This document shows, piece after piece, positions 1-12,569 of a stretch of 64,000 bases of DNA. The DNA is from Lama glama (lineage: Eukaryota), in NCBI GenBank assembly GCA_028534125.1, contig CM052817.1:4776001-4840000 (forward strand), given 5' to 3'. Made by a program: the position numbers and the translations under genes. Within the stretch, counting starts at the first letter, position 1; every line of letters starts with the position of its first letter. The notes below the pieces were generated by a model. That model searched no databases and was not told the DNA's origin. It worked only from the letters and a program-made list of their open reading frames with translations.

Positions 1-675
1 GTCTAACTTCAGTGAGGATTTATGAGAGCAGCCAGCACAGTGCCAGGCCCGCAGGACGCTCCTTCTTATGATTAACAGACGGAAGCAAAGGTGGTTTGGT
101 GCTGAGGCTGAGCTCACAGAACAGGCCCCGGGAGGGAAGGCTGGGACAGTGACTGAGCTCAGGGCTGGACTGCTGGGATTCAGCTTGGCCACGGAGCGCG
201 TGGCCAGCCCGCACCCACCCAGCAGCAAGCCGATGTGGGACTGGAGGCTGCTGAACTCAGGGCTCGTGTTTTGGAATCTCTCACCTTGTTGGCATGGACT
301 CTTCTTCCAGGAACTGGGTAACGATTCTGAAACCACACATCATTACTACGGGTTAGACATCACTTCCTTCTCCTGTCTCTTTCCTGCTTTTGATGGAGGA
401 TGGGGACCACGGACTAATTCCAGCCCCCAATGCAATGCCCCAGGGGCAACAGAAGCAGTGGAACTATTAGCAGCTGCCCTTCCCTGGGTTCCGGCTGGAG
501 CCAGGCATCACGCGGGCAGGTCGCACGGGCTTCACGAGAAAGGTGGCCGCTCTGGGTCAGGGGTTACTGAACCAGATATGTCACCTCCCTTCATTTTATG
601 TGTCACCTTTCTCAATTCTGACACAACTCTTAGAGCTTGCTACTCCTATTTTATTGATAAAGAAAGAACTCTTTA

Positions 676-843
676 CTATATAGAAAATAGATTAACAAGT
701 TTATTCTGTATCGCATAGGGAACTATATTCAGAATCTTGTAGCAACCACTAATGAAAAAGAATATACGTATGTGTATGTATGACTGAAACATTGTGCTGT
801 ACACCAGAAATCGACACATTATAACTGACTATACATTTTAAAA
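676..843 (+). mobile_element. LINE-1 3' end fragment
   Basis: Typical L1 3'UTR: ctgtatcgcatagggaactatattcagaatcttgta...gctgtacaccagaaatcgacacattataactgactatac followed by an A run. Confidence 0.8.
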
Positions 844-940
844 AGCTATTTACAGAAGGTCAAAGGTCACGTGTTAGCAAATGAGACCCGCTCTTGCCTC
901 TAGATCAACAAACACTCTCTGCCTGGGGGAAAAACTCAAG

Positions 941-1003
941 AAGAAAATGAATTAGAAAAAAAGATCCACCACTTTGGAAAAAAAAAAAAGAAAATGAATT
1001 AGA
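941..1003 (+). repeat. 16-bp direct repeat (aagaaaatgaattaga) flanking a 31-nt insert ending in poly(A)
   Basis: Copies at 941-956 and 988-1003; insert aaaaaagatccaccactttggaaaaaaaaaa. Confidence 0.8.
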
Positions 1004-1677
1004 GTTCCTGGAATCTAAATCAGGCAGTTAATAATTCGAGGAGCATGCTTACAATAAATATCTGATTCGATAAACAAAATTATGCTACTTGTATTTCAGG
1101 GTGTGTTTCTTTATTACAACACCCACATACAAGGTTTCATTTCCTTTAAAATATGATCCAAATGCCTTTCCGAAGCATGAATCCGTCCCTTCTTATGTAA
1201 ATCCCTTAACAGCCCTCTGGTGTCTACAGCGCTGGTGGCCAGACTCCGGGATTCCATATTCTAACATAATCTCAGAAACTGCAAGTGAACACCGAAATGC
1301 AGTTGTCAACTTTTAAATCCATCAACTGAGGGCATCGAGGAGAACTACCAAGTCCTACCACTGAACTTGAGCAAAAGGGTTGGGAAAGAGGCATTTTAGC
1401 CCAGAAGCAGCATGAGGACACAGTTTCAGAAGAAGGCACAGCGGTCACCGGCCCCAGGCACGCTCCTGGACGAATGTTCAGAAAGCACTAATCAAAGGGC
1501 AGAGGCCTTAGGGCCCTTCCTGCTCCCGCCGGCCAGCCTGGCCCCTGCACGCTCTGTGCTCCGGGCACCCCAGCTGTCCCTGGCCCCCGGCTTGCCAGCA
1601 GCATGTCCGCCTCCCTCTGCTAAATCTTCTGATCAGGTTTTGGGACACAGCTCAGTTACAGTCTCCTCCTGAAATAC

Positions 1678-1967
1678 TGTAGTGGGTCGAACAGCGTCTC
1701 CCCAGATTCATCCTACGCAGTACCTGTGAATGTGACGTCCTCTGGAACCAGCATCTTTGCGGGGTAATTAAGAGGAGGTCGTACTCAGGAGCATGAGCCC
1801 TGAATCCAATGACTGGTGTCCTTACAAGAAGAGGGGGAGAGACACAGATCCCCGCAGAGAAGAAGGAGGTGAAGACAAAGCAGAGATCTGAGTGATGTAT
1901 TTGTAAGAAAATGAAAGACTGCCCGGAACCACCAGCATCCTGCAGAGGGCTCTGGGATGGATTCTCT
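1678..1967 (+). mobile_element. MaLR LTR (MLT1 family), 3'-truncated
   Basis: tgtagtgggtcgaa...acctgtgaatgtgac...ccctgaatccaatgactggtgtccttacaagaagag...gtgaagacaaagcagagat are MLT1 hallmarks. Confidence 0.8.
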
Positions 1968-4299
1968 GTGAGAGAGAATGCATCTTCCTGCTTCTGCTGT
2001 TTTCCTCTCACCGCCTCCCTCTGGACCACAGTTTACCTCTGCGCATTACGCAGGGGCTCTGGGCTCACATGGGACGAAAGTTTTTTCAGGCATTCACTGC
2101 ACGTTTACCATCACCTCCCCTCTGCCAGCAGTGGTCTAGGTGCTGAGTCAGGAGAGGGGACAAATAGGCAAAGATAAGAACGGATGATCCTACGGGAGGG
2201 AGAAATACAGGGGAGTGATGGAGGGTGCTATTTGAGAGAGAGGATTGGGAAGGGGCCCCCGGAGGACACCAAGGTCCTTGAGGTCAAGAAGCCCAGGGGG
2301 ACAGGGAGGGGAGTGCACGGAAGAGGGGAGAGTGAACGGAACCTTGTGCATTTACTCTAAGTGGGATGAAATGTCCTGGGGATCCTGGAGGAGAAGCTGC
2401 GATCTGATTATACATCACAGCTTGTCTCCACCATTGCCCTGGGCGAGTGCAGTTACTTCCACTTTCTAGGTTAAGAACCCAGAAACTAATAATGTTCAGT
2501 AACTGGCCCAGAACAAGGTCGGCCTCTGGAAAAATCCCCCTTCCCTGACATACTCACCCCCATTTGCAGGAGTGAAGAGGGGGCCCCAGAACTCCTGGAA
2601 AAATGCCACTCCCTTCCCCTTCCAAGACTCCCAGCTCATCATCATGGTTACCTGCCTTGGGACCACTGCCCTTTATCCCTTTTCCGTTGGGTGGGCCCAG
2701 GATGCTAGCCATCTCTCATCCCCTGGAATCTAGTCCCACACTCTGATATCCTCAGCCCCCAATCCTTCCCACTGTCCCTTCTGGAATTCACAGCCAGGAT
2801 CAGCTCCCTCTCACCTCTCGCGCTAACCCACACTTAGTTGTGCTCTGAGGACACCATGGCACCCCCATCCCAGCCCTCTAGCGGAGACTTTCCCATCACT
2901 CCTGGGAGCTCCAGGCAGAAGGAGGGCCGGTATCTCCTTGCTCCCCACTGCCCTGCCCCACCTTCTGCCTAAACTCCACCACCTTAGATGATGGGCAACA
3001 CTGTCTCCTCCCTGCCTGGCTGCAGTCCCCTGTGGATGCCCAGGACAGCGCCCCCACGCCTGGAGGACCTCGGCTCTCTCTGCGACGTACTGCAGGCTTG
3101 GTGTCAGTGAAGCAACAGCACATGCCTGGGCACCCGGCCTCTGTGGTACTTGACCTCGCTTCCTGCAGAGGTCTCCAACCTCACTCTGCCTTTACCTCTG
3201 ACCATTCACTCCCATGGTCACACTTACACCTTGTCCCTTCCAGGGACCGCCCCCTTCCTACTTCTCAGGCACCCCACTCCCAAAACGCCCACAGCCACCG
3301 TCCAGCTCACTCCTCCTCCCACCCCGCCTCTGCCCGCACTTCTTCAGCCCGCTGGTACTCAGATCCAGTGACAACACACCCTCTTTGCTGCCATCAGTCC
3401 CGCACCCGCTCTTCCCCAGCCAGCATCCTGTGGTCTCTCATCCACGTCGCTTTCCCACGCCCTCAGCACCTTTGTGCATCTTGCCAGGCAAACCCAAGCG
3501 CGGGTGAAATCCTGCTTTCTGAGGACCCCAGTCCTTCCCCGACCAACTGAGGAGAAATGCAGCGCCAGGAGTTCCGCTCCTCCCGATCCTGACCACTAAC
3601 AGCGTTCCAGCCCCGCGGGCCCCGCGCCCGCCCCGCCCGCGGCCTCCTCCTGGCCCTTCACCCTCCCTGCGTGTCTTCTCTCTTCAGACTCCCACACCCT
3701 CTGCCCGAGACGGCTGCCCTTTTCACACCCACATCCAACTGCCTCCCCTCCCTTCCGGCTGTTCCCACCCCTGGGCCCTGCCTTCCCTCCGGGTCCTGCT
3801 CAGCACGGAGGCCAGCGGGAGGCGCTCCCTGCTCACAGCTCTCTCGTGACGTCTGCAGCATGAGAGCCACCCACTTACAGAGACCTCCTTGCCCGAGATG
3901 GGGGGGCTGCCACCTCCCACCCGCCCTGCACTCGCTCCGCGTGGCCACGCTGGTCCCTGGGCCCAGCAAGGTCCCCTCCACGGCCTTGGCCTGCTTCCTG
4001 GGAGCCCGCTCCCCACACCCACGTGACTCCCTCCCTCGTTCTGACCCTCACCCTCCTCACCACCTGGCGGTTTACTTGGTGACGTGGTCTCCCTCCCCAG
4101 GTGAGGCTGCAGACCCCACGACAGCAGGGACGTTCCCCGCCACATGCAGTATTGCCAGGACCCGGAAGAGTGTCTGCCACCAGATATTCAGTAAGACTGG
4201 CTAGTTGGATGGATGAAGGCCGAGCATCCATACTGCCTGCCTCTGTGATTCCCCTTCATCTATTTCTCAGGGTCGGCCCACAGCCTACCTCTGAGCCAT

Positions 4300-4412
4300 G
4301 CAGCTTCTCAGGCCCCTCCCCGCCCCAGAGCCTGTGAGCAAGGCCTGGGAACCTGCATTCTGACACGCCCCAGTGGGATTCTGATGCTGCCTGGGGTTTG
4401 AGAGCCCTGCTC
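4300..4412. mobile_element. MER5-like hAT DNA transposon fragment
   Basis: ggcctgggaacctgcattctgacacgccccagtgggattctgatgc...tttgagagccctg resembles the MER5A 3' half. Confidence 0.55.
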
Positions 4413-5054
4413 TGTTTAAGTGGCAAGAAGGATACCGGAGTTGGCTCACACTGGGAGGCTGAAGTCAGGAGAGGAATTTTCCAGAATTCTTCGCCTCCAT
4501 CCCCTGGCACGTAGGTGTAGTAGCTTCATTAAAACACAGGGCTCTGGGCATGGGCTCTGATTCCTCTGGGAATCAGGATGATTGTGTTATCGCGGCTGAG
4601 TCCCGTGGCCCCCCTCAGGGGCAGGTCCCCTCGGTTTGATTGGCATGATGGTGGGAGGGGAGAATCACCTCGTGTGTCGCAGCCTGGACGTGTGTGCAGG
4701 AGAGAGATAAGCGGGCTCCATTTAGAGGTGTTCTGAAGCAACCAGACGTGGCAGGTGCTGGCTGGCTGGCACAGGAAAGCAGCAGACACCGCCTGACACC
4801 CACCCACCCACGGCTGGTGGCAGGGCCCAGAGTGGACCCACAGAAGGAGGGACTTCACTAGGAATGCGGGCGGCCTGGTTAGAAAGCAGAGTCTATGTGG
4901 AGCAGTATTACAATGAATTAATATTTTAAGAGTTGCTGTTTTTAAGACCTGTTCTCCCTGGGAGTATTTTATCCGCGGGAGCAAGCTGCCAAAACGTGTC
5001 AGGGTCACAGAGTCTCAGCCTGTCAACTTCGGAAGGGATCTAAGTCTGTCTGAA

Positions 5055-5220
5055 ACAAACTAGCCCTGGGTCTTGAGGCCTCTCTGACGCTCAGTCTTCT
5101 CATCTTCAAAGTAGGATAATCATACATCCACCTCCAAGCGTTGTTGTGAAGATTCAAGGCAATGATACAGACAAAAAAATTAGCCCACGGCTGGCATATG
5201 GTGAAGTCTTAGTTAATACA
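5055..5220 (+). mobile_element. MIR SINE
   Basis: ctcagtcttctcatcttcaaagtaggataat...gttgttgtgaagattcaa MIR core. Confidence 0.7.
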
Positions 5221-5664
5221 TCAAAAAATTTAAATTGCTTAATTTAGAAATAAGACGACCTTGGTTGGGAGAAGGGAAATGCCATAGAAAGCAGCAGAAT
5301 TGGGACCAGGATGAAAAGCGGGGGTATTTTGCCTCCAGGTTGTTAAGAATGACACTGTTAGGGCAGCCTTAGGAAGAGAGCATGGTGAGGGACTGAGGGG
5401 TCCTCTGTTATGACTCCTTCTGTTCCTTCCACCCAAGGGAAAGGAAGACTAAGCTGAGAGGGAAGCTTAATAAGATTTGAATGGAAGGTCTGCATGTTCA
5501 TTTTGCGCTGGACCCCTCTAATTATGTAGCTAGTCCTGCTTTTAACTCCTATCATGTAATTCCTACAATATTCTGCAAGGTAGCTTAGTATCTTCATGAT
5601 GTGGTAAAGAACTTGAGACTCATAGAAGTCAAGAAGTCTGCTCATAGTCCAATAGGTCGTTGGT

Positions 5665-6055
5665 GTCATCATCACCACCATCATCATCATCACCATCCTC
5701 ACCAACATCAAAATCATCACCACCATCACCACCACAACCATCATCATCACTGCCACCATTATCATTGTCATCCTCACCATCATCACCACCATCACCATCA
5801 TCACCATCACTGTCATCATCACCGCCATCAACATCATCACCACCATCAACATCACCATCATCACCAACATCACCATCACCACCACAACCATCATCATCAC
5901 CACCACCATCATCATGTCATCCTCACCATCATCACCACCATCACCATCATTGTCATCATCACCATCATCACCACCATCAACATTATCACCACCATCAACA
6001 TCACCATCCTCACCACCATCAGCATCACCATCACCATCATTGTTATCATCACCAT
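5665..6055. repeat. Compound (CAT/CAC)n trinucleotide repeat with an internal ~150-bp duplication
   Basis: About 390 bp of CAY triplets; marker accacaacca at 5731 and 5881. Confidence 0.95.
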
Positions 6056-6164
6056 GTCCACTAGCCTTCCTCACCCCCAACTCTCTGTCCTGTCACCCAG
6101 GACACATCTTGCACAGCAATAACACAATATGAATGACTACATTTATCATCTGTTTTCTTTTCAT

Positions 6165-6295
6165 TCCTTGTCTCTCCCTATTGGGATGTAATCTTCATGA
6201 GAGTAAGCACTTGCCTGCATTTGGTCCACTCTATTCCAAGTAGAGAGCAGTGCCTGGCACACAGTCAACTCTGAATACACTGTGGAAGGAACTGG
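6165..6295 (+). mobile_element. L2 3' end
   Basis: tgtctctccctattgggatgtaatcttcatgagagtaagcac...cagtgcctggcacacag. Confidence 0.7.
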
Positions 6296-6339
6296 TGATG
6301 ATTTCCCAAGATTCTGTTGCCTGCCAGAAACTGTGCTGT

Positions 6340-6495
6340 TACTTTACGTCATTTATCTTAATTAATCTTTCCAGCTACCCCTAAGGAAGGACAACTGTTC
6401 CCATTTGATGGGTAAGGAAGCTAAGACAAAGCATTTAAGTCCCTGGGTCACACTGCTCATTAGTGGCAGAGCCAGACTTTGAATCTGAGTCTCGC
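6340..6495 (-). mobile_element. MIR SINE
   Basis: cccatttgatgggtaaggaagctaagac...ggtcacactgctcattagtggcagagccagactttgaatc. Confidence 0.7.
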
Positions 6496-6999
6496 TGGGG
6501 CCATTGGAGGGAGTGGTTGCCCATGGTGTCCTTGGGCAACTGGGGACCACAGACAGCAACAGCCTCTCATCTGCAGTATAAGCACAAACCCCATACCTCT
6601 GTGGGGTTTCACATTAAATGAGATGATGTGTGTGCGGCATTGGTGCCAGGCGGCATGTTAAGAGGTGGTCAACACAAACTAAGTGTGGACCACCTCTGCC
6701 CCCACACCCGCCTGCCATCCTATATGGGGCTCTATTACCTCTTGCCTGCTCTGCCCGGAGGTGGAGACTTCAGGAAATAGCACATGGAGTATTTATAATA
6801 AAATTCTTTTTCTGGAAGATGCTCTGGCCCGCCGGCCTGTGCCTTATTCCTCCCTCATGTCCTCTAAGCATGGTGATGGGCATGGGTTCGAATGGCAGGT
6901 TCTGGGTGTGAATCCTGCTTTGTTACTCATGAGCTGGTGCAGGGGCGAGAATGACACTCCCACCGCCGACACCCCCTGCACCCGTATGGCCCCGCACTG

Positions 7000-7131
7000 T
7001 CCACGGCCCTTTCCACGTGTGATCTCATTGGATTCTCACGGTGGTCCTGCGTGGCAGAGGTCTTATGTCATCTCATTTTATAGATGACAAAACTTCACAG
7101 AGACTTTGAGTAACTAGCCCAGGATTACACT
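7000..7131 (-). mobile_element. MIR SINE abutting an MLT2 LTR
   Basis: atctcattggattctcac...ctcattttatagatgacaaaact...agtaactagcccaggattacac. Confidence 0.7.
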
Positions 7132-7132
7132 G

Positions 7133-7480
7133 TGTGATGATTAATTTTATGGATCAACTTGGTTGGGCCATGGTATCCAGATAGTGAGTCAAACATTATT
7201 CTGGATGTTTCTGCGAGGGTGCTTTTGGAAGAGATTAACATTTAAATTGGTGGAACTTGAGCAATCAAGCAGATGACCCTCCAAGATGTGGGTGGGCCTC
7301 CTCTAATCAGTTGAAGGCCTGGTTTGAATGAAGACTGTCCCCTTCAGAAAAAAGAAACTGCTTCAGATGGCCCTCAGACCTGAACTACAACTCTTCCTGG
7401 GTCTCCAGGCTGCTGGCCCACCCTGGAGATTTTGGACTTGCACCTCCACAGTCATGCAAGTCAGTTCTGTAAAATAACTC
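7133..7480 (+). mobile_element. ERVL LTR (MLT2 family)
   Basis: tgtgatgattaattttatggatcaacttgg...gagattaacatttaaattggtgga...gtgggtgggcctc...aatcagttgaaggcct. Confidence 0.85.
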
Positions 7481-8221
7481 TGTTGTCCTCATCTTAAACA
7501 TGAGGCTTTTCTTTTGATAATATCCATTCACAAAATTAGATAGAGCATCAGTACAAGCCCTGTATATTTCCCAAGCCACACCCTTCTACTTTCTAGCATG
7601 ATTTCAATACAGAAGTTTAGCCTTTTGAGTTTCCTTGGGTAGCATCGAAGAGGTTTGGGAGGGGAGCCGGGAGGCAAGTGAGGATCCTGGATTAGACCTA
7701 GGGAGGAGGTGGGGTGTACACGGCCACAGGACCAGGGTTACTCTGATACAACCCACTCCATTCCATTTTCTTTTTTATCTGTTGAGTAAAGAGATAATGA
7801 AATAGCTCGCAGCCAGCTGCAGGATAGGTCTTGGGGCAGCATCAACAGAATAATAAACATATTCAGATTGTCCCCGGGAAAGAAGCAGTAGGCTGAGCAG
7901 ATGCCCTGTGCGCGGGATGTGGCCCTGTGATTCCGGCAGTCTCACGTGTGTGTGGTTTCATCACATCCTGTCTTGGGACGCTGGTGGCTCCAGCTGCAAT
8001 CCTGGCTGCACTGACGCAGCAGCCCTGGGGCATGCTCTGCACTGTTCTCAGCATCGGTCACCTCCAGGATGACCCAAAAGTTTCCTCTTGTGCACAAGGA
8101 GGAGAGTACGTGTTCCCTGCCTCCTTGGAGGAAATGACCTCAGGCACCTGGCTTTAGGTGGGGCTGGGATCCAGGGGTTGCTGGGGGCCCCAGGGATGTA
8201 CCAGAGGGACCATCAGCCCTT

Positions 8222-8608
8222 TGTATAGTCTGCTTGGGCTGCTGTGACAACACACTGCAGAGAGGGCAAGGAGGGGGTGCTTAAAAACCAGGAATTTATT
8301 TCCTCATAGTCCTGGAGGCCACAAGTCCAAGATGAAGGTGTGGGCACAGTTGCTTTCCTCTGAGGCCCCTCTCCTGGGCTTACAGACAGGCGTCTTCTTG
8401 CTGTGTCCTCAGATGGTTGTCCCTCTGTTCATGTCTGTGTCCCAATCCTCCTCTTCTTATAAGAACACCAGCCATGTTGGGTTAGGACCCACCCATATGA
8501 TTAGTCTCCTCTATAAAGGCCCCGTCTTCAAATGCAGTCACATTCTGAGGTACTGGGAGTCAGGATTTCAACATATGAATTTTGAGGGACACAATTCAGC
8601 TCATAACA
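8222..8608 (-). mobile_element. MaLR solo LTR (MLT1A/B-like)
   Basis: tgtatagtctgcttgggctgctgtgaca...aagtccaagatgaaggtg...cagtcacattctgaggtactggg...acaattcagctcataaca; both termini present. Confidence 0.85.
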
Positions 8609-8755
8609 CCCTCTCATGGAGTTATGTGAAGAGAAGAGAAGCCTCTTGAGCTCTGAGTAGAACAAAAGATGATCTACCTCCTCTGGGAATTGTTACAAGG
8701 CAACAGAGGTCCAGGAAGAAGTCAGAAATGATGTATGTGGTCAGCACAAGGATGA

Positions 8756-8868
8756 GATGTCAGAGAGGGAGGACCCAGTGATGGAGTTCAAGGATGTTGG
8801 AGAAAGGGAGGACCAACTGATGAGTTAAAGGATGTTGGAGAGAATGAGGACTGAATGATGGAGTCGGG
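8756..8868. repeat. Degenerate ~37-38-bp minisatellite, 3 copies
   Basis: Units start gatgt at 8756, 8793 and 8831; consensus about gatgttggagaRRgaggacNNNtgatggagttNaag. Confidence 0.75.
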
Positions 8869-9427
8869 GGACCCTAGTGAAACGTCTGGGAAGAAAGGGA
8901 ATGGGGTTGGGGCACCCAGGGGCAGCACAGAGGCTAGTGGTGCAGGTCTTGGAGACCTGGGTTTGAATCCTGCTCTGCCAACTACCTCATAAGAAGTACA
9001 GGAATATCCATTTACAGAATCTCAATAACTGGTTACTCTCAATCTCGCCATTATCACTTACCAGAAAACGTGGGGAGGAGGGAGCTCGGTTCAGGGCTAA
9101 ATCCTGAGGTTTCTTCCCCCTGATGCTCCCTTCTCCCTACCCTCAGTATCGACCCCTTAAATCTCTCTGAGCACTCACTATCACCATGGCCCCGAGCTGC
9201 TCAGTGGCTTTATCTCTCTCTACAGAGCCGTCATCAGCCATCAGCCACAATGGCCGGGCAGAATTGTCATTGCTTTTGCAGAGTAAGTATCTTTTGCACA
9301 AGGAAAGGGAGTAACATGCCAAGGTCACGCCAAGATCAACAAGCTAGGGAGGGTCAGAAGCACGAATGAAGCCTGGAGATTCGGGATGGGCTCCATGAAT
9401 ACTTGCAGTCCTAACCCTACATGCTAA

Positions 9428-9610
9428 GCCAGGATTTCTCAAAGAAGTCTCCACCAACTCCATCGTCAGCACCACCAGCAGCGTGCTTGACTAAATAAAA
9501 ATGCAGACACCAGGGACCCAACCCAGACAGGAAATCAGACTTTCAGGGCACCTGGCTGGTGGTCTGTTCTGTTGGTGTTGACTTGAGCCCTCAAGTTTGA
9601 GGACCATTAT
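9428..9610. mobile_element. MER5A-like DNA transposon
   Basis: ccaggatttctcaaag...aaaatgcagacaccaggg...aagtttgaggaccatt termini. Confidence 0.6.
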
Positions 9611-10851
9611 GGTGACCATTTGTTTTATGCCCCATCCACCAGTTCCTTCCACACCCACGTTCCCTTCTGCTCAGCCAGGGCTTCACAGAGCGTGTGCCAT
9701 CACCCATGGGGTGCTCCCTGGACAAGAGGACACTAGTGGACATTTCACTTCTTTTTTAATTCTCCAAAGTCAACCTGATACTTCTTGCATCTCTCTGACA
9801 CTTGCTCATCTTTTAATACAAACAGAGGAGGGCTCAGCTCAGACCTTTGGTAGGGCTCTAGAATATAATTTTGTTTTCATTTCTTTTTCTTTACAGTTAC
9901 CCTCTATTTAAAGCAAGTGATATTAGTTTCCCACTTAAAGGAGGACTGCTGTAAAGTTCTCCTTGAAAATAAACACATTAAATGAAAGAAAAATAAATTG
10001 ACAAATAAAAATAATAAGGAGGCATTTTGTTGGTGGGGTGATAGGGCAAATATTCTGAGGGCTCTTCATGGATCTGAAGTTGGGGACCATTCCTCTGTTG
10101 ACTGGGCTGTCTGTCCATTTGGATAGCAAGCTGAGAAGCTGAAGTTTATGAAGATAAATTCTTCATGTTTTACCCCTTGGGTTGCTGTTTTAGATTTGAG
10201 CTCTTTGCTATGCCTAAATGAAAAAATATGAATTTCCACAGTGAAACATCAGGCATCAGGGTCAGAGACTTTTCAGTCTGAGGGAGTATGGAGATTCAGC
10301 ACATCATATGGACACCCAGTGACCCCCCTCGGATCAAGACTGATTTGGTAGATGGAGTAGTCCTGTCCTCTCGGTCAGCATAAAGGTGCTGAGAGCCGGC
10401 GGGAGGCAGAAGGGCCAGGGGTGCAGGGGGCGGGAGCCCCTTCTTCAGGTGGGAGGACTCAGAGCAGACCTCCTGGAGCTGAGAACCCACTAGGAGCAGG
10501 AGGGTCAAGGGGCTCTGGGCAGGCGGGACGCACCAGGGAGCCCAGCGCAGGGGGGCGTGGTGGAGGGGGAGGAGGGTGCAGAGGGCGGCATGGGCGGGGG
10601 ACACGAGCTAAGTTGCGGGCCAGCAGCAGCTGGTTACGAGGAACGCGGCCCCTGAGCCTGAGTCTGGGCTTTCTGATGAGACTGGAGGAGAAGACACTGG
10701 AGAATTTCTGACACAGTCGCAACTTATTTATTTAGCATTTGAAAAAGACTGTGCTGGACAGAGTGTTGAGGATAAAGGGGAAGAGAAAGAAGGCGGGAGA
10801 CCACTGGGAGGGCTGTCAGTGAGCTGGGTGAGAAGTGGGTGTGTGGGTGGG

Positions 10852-10951
10852 NNNNNNNNNNNNNNNNNNNNNNNNNNNNNNNNNNNNNNNNNNNNNNNNN
10901 NNNNNNNNNNNNNNNNNNNNNNNNNNNNNNNNNNNNNNNNNNNNNNNNNNN
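10852..10951. other. Assembly gap (100 N)
   Basis: Exactly 100 n characters, probably a placeholder of unknown true size. Confidence 1.
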
Positions 10952-11926
10952 TTCTGACCAATAACTTTTGAAGGGGCTAAATATGCCGTGGGGGCCTCTG
11001 CTTCTTCCCACCTTATTTTTAATCAACCTGAAGCTGACAAACAGCCACATTTGTGACAGCTCCCCAGGATCCGTGTGCCCTTACAGAGAAAAGAGGTAAA
11101 TCTCTCTAAGTGTTGGCCTTTCTGAGACAAGTAGGATCCAAACTGGCTCCTGGGTCTTGCCAGTGCTCTGAATGGTCCCTGTCTGTCTGCTCTGACAGAA
11201 GGCGAGGGAGCAGGGAGAGAGAGGGGCAGAGGGAACACACGGCTCCGTGCCCTCCAAGCACACAGGCTCTAGTGAGAAGGGAGAGAGGTGGGAGCCAAGG
11301 CAGCGGGTGATGTCAAACATCCCCCTGGAACCCAGCTAGCTTCTTTCGCTCGCTTTGTGACCCGACCTAACCTGGGGGTTTGAACTTTCTGAGTCTCACT
11401 TTCCTCATCTGCAAAGTGGAGGCAACGATTTCCGCCTCCAAGGAGCGCTGTGAAGCTTAGTGTGGTCACAAATAAAAAGAGGACACGTGTGCTGGTGGGG
11501 CTGAAAGGCAGGCGTGAGGATGCGGGAGCTTGGAGAGACTTTAGGGGAGCATCGGGCGCACTCCGGCCGGGGCGAGTCTACCTGCAGTGCGGGGGTCCTG
11601 CAGGGGCTTCCACCAGGGGTGGGACGTGGTCTGACTTACATTTTGTAGAAGACGGTTTGACACTTTCTAACAAACATGGGGGCCGGCGAAGTGCACGGGG
11701 AGCACTGGAACGTGTGCTCCAAGCGGACAAGGGCGCTGGGTTCCTGCTCCTCGCTTTGGAAGAGCACCTAGCGCAGGGTGAGCGATCGATAAGTATTCAT
11801 TCGGCGACTGAACGAGTCCCCGAGCCAAACAAAGGATAAAAGTAGTATGAACCACTGGGACAAAGAGACCCAGACACTTCATACCAAAGGATGAGCTGTC
11901 ATCACACGTTTAGAAAGCAAAGCAGT

Positions 11927-12090
11927 GGGGGAGGTTACAGCTCAGTGGTAGAGCGTGTGCTTAGCATCTATGAGGTCCTAGGTTCAATCCCCAGTACTTT
12001 CATTAAAATAAATAAGTAAATAAATAAACCTAATTACCCCTCCAAGCAAACAAACATATATAAATTAATTAATTAATAAAAACATTTAAA
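11927..12090 (+). mobile_element. tRNA-derived SINE (camelid Vic-1-like)
   Basis: Head gggggaggttacagctcagtggtagagcgtgtgcttagc...gaggtcctaggttcaatcccc with A box (agctcagtgg) and B box (ggttcaatccc), then aaacctaattacc and an AT-rich tail. Confidence 0.88.
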
Positions 12091-12569
12091 AAGCAGCAGA
12101 GCAGGCGGAGGAGGTGATGGAGGAACAGGAGGAAGCTCTGGTGTCAGTGCTCCCGGAGAGAAGCCCATTGAGCCGGTCACGCACAGAACCTGGGAGACTG
12201 TCTGGCCATGGAAGGACCGGGGCCACTGAAGCTGGGCTGTGCTGGGAGCCGGGGAGCCTACCCTCTGCACCTGGAGCAGGTGGAGCACAATCCGCTCCCA
12301 GCCCTGTGCTGCTGGGGCTCCCACAGGGGGCGCAGAAGTGGGGAGGGGATAAATGAGGGTCAGATTCATCGACTCCTGAGTCCTGGCCCACGGCCCATCC
12401 TCAGAAGCCAGGCCAAGGTGAACACCACTTGTGAGACCAAGGAGGCCCCAGAGGGAAGCCTTACAGACACTGACACGGCCTGGTCGTCCCCCGGCTGAAC
12501 CCCTCCACCAGCTCTCGCTGTCGGATGCTCCGCTGTGGGGCCCTCCACCCCAGCACCGACCAACCAGCT

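Noticed and set aside
68..718. 216-aa ORF and other long GC-rich ORFs (e.g. 3032-3550, 3671-4204, 20140-20688)
   Set aside because: No recognisable domain or codon bias; several run into repeats and are expected by chance in GC-rich intron DNA.
5358..6132. Poly-His, poly-Ser/Pro and Met/Val/Asp-rich ORFs
   Set aside because: Translations of the (CAY)n repeat; no splice or domain context.
8756..8868. CRISPR-like array
   Set aside because: Mammalian DNA; contiguous degenerate units with no unique spacers and no cas genes.
11927..12000. tRNA gene
   Set aside because: The tRNA-like head is followed by a SINE body and AT tail, and diverged copies occur at 16233 and 31826, so it is a SINE.
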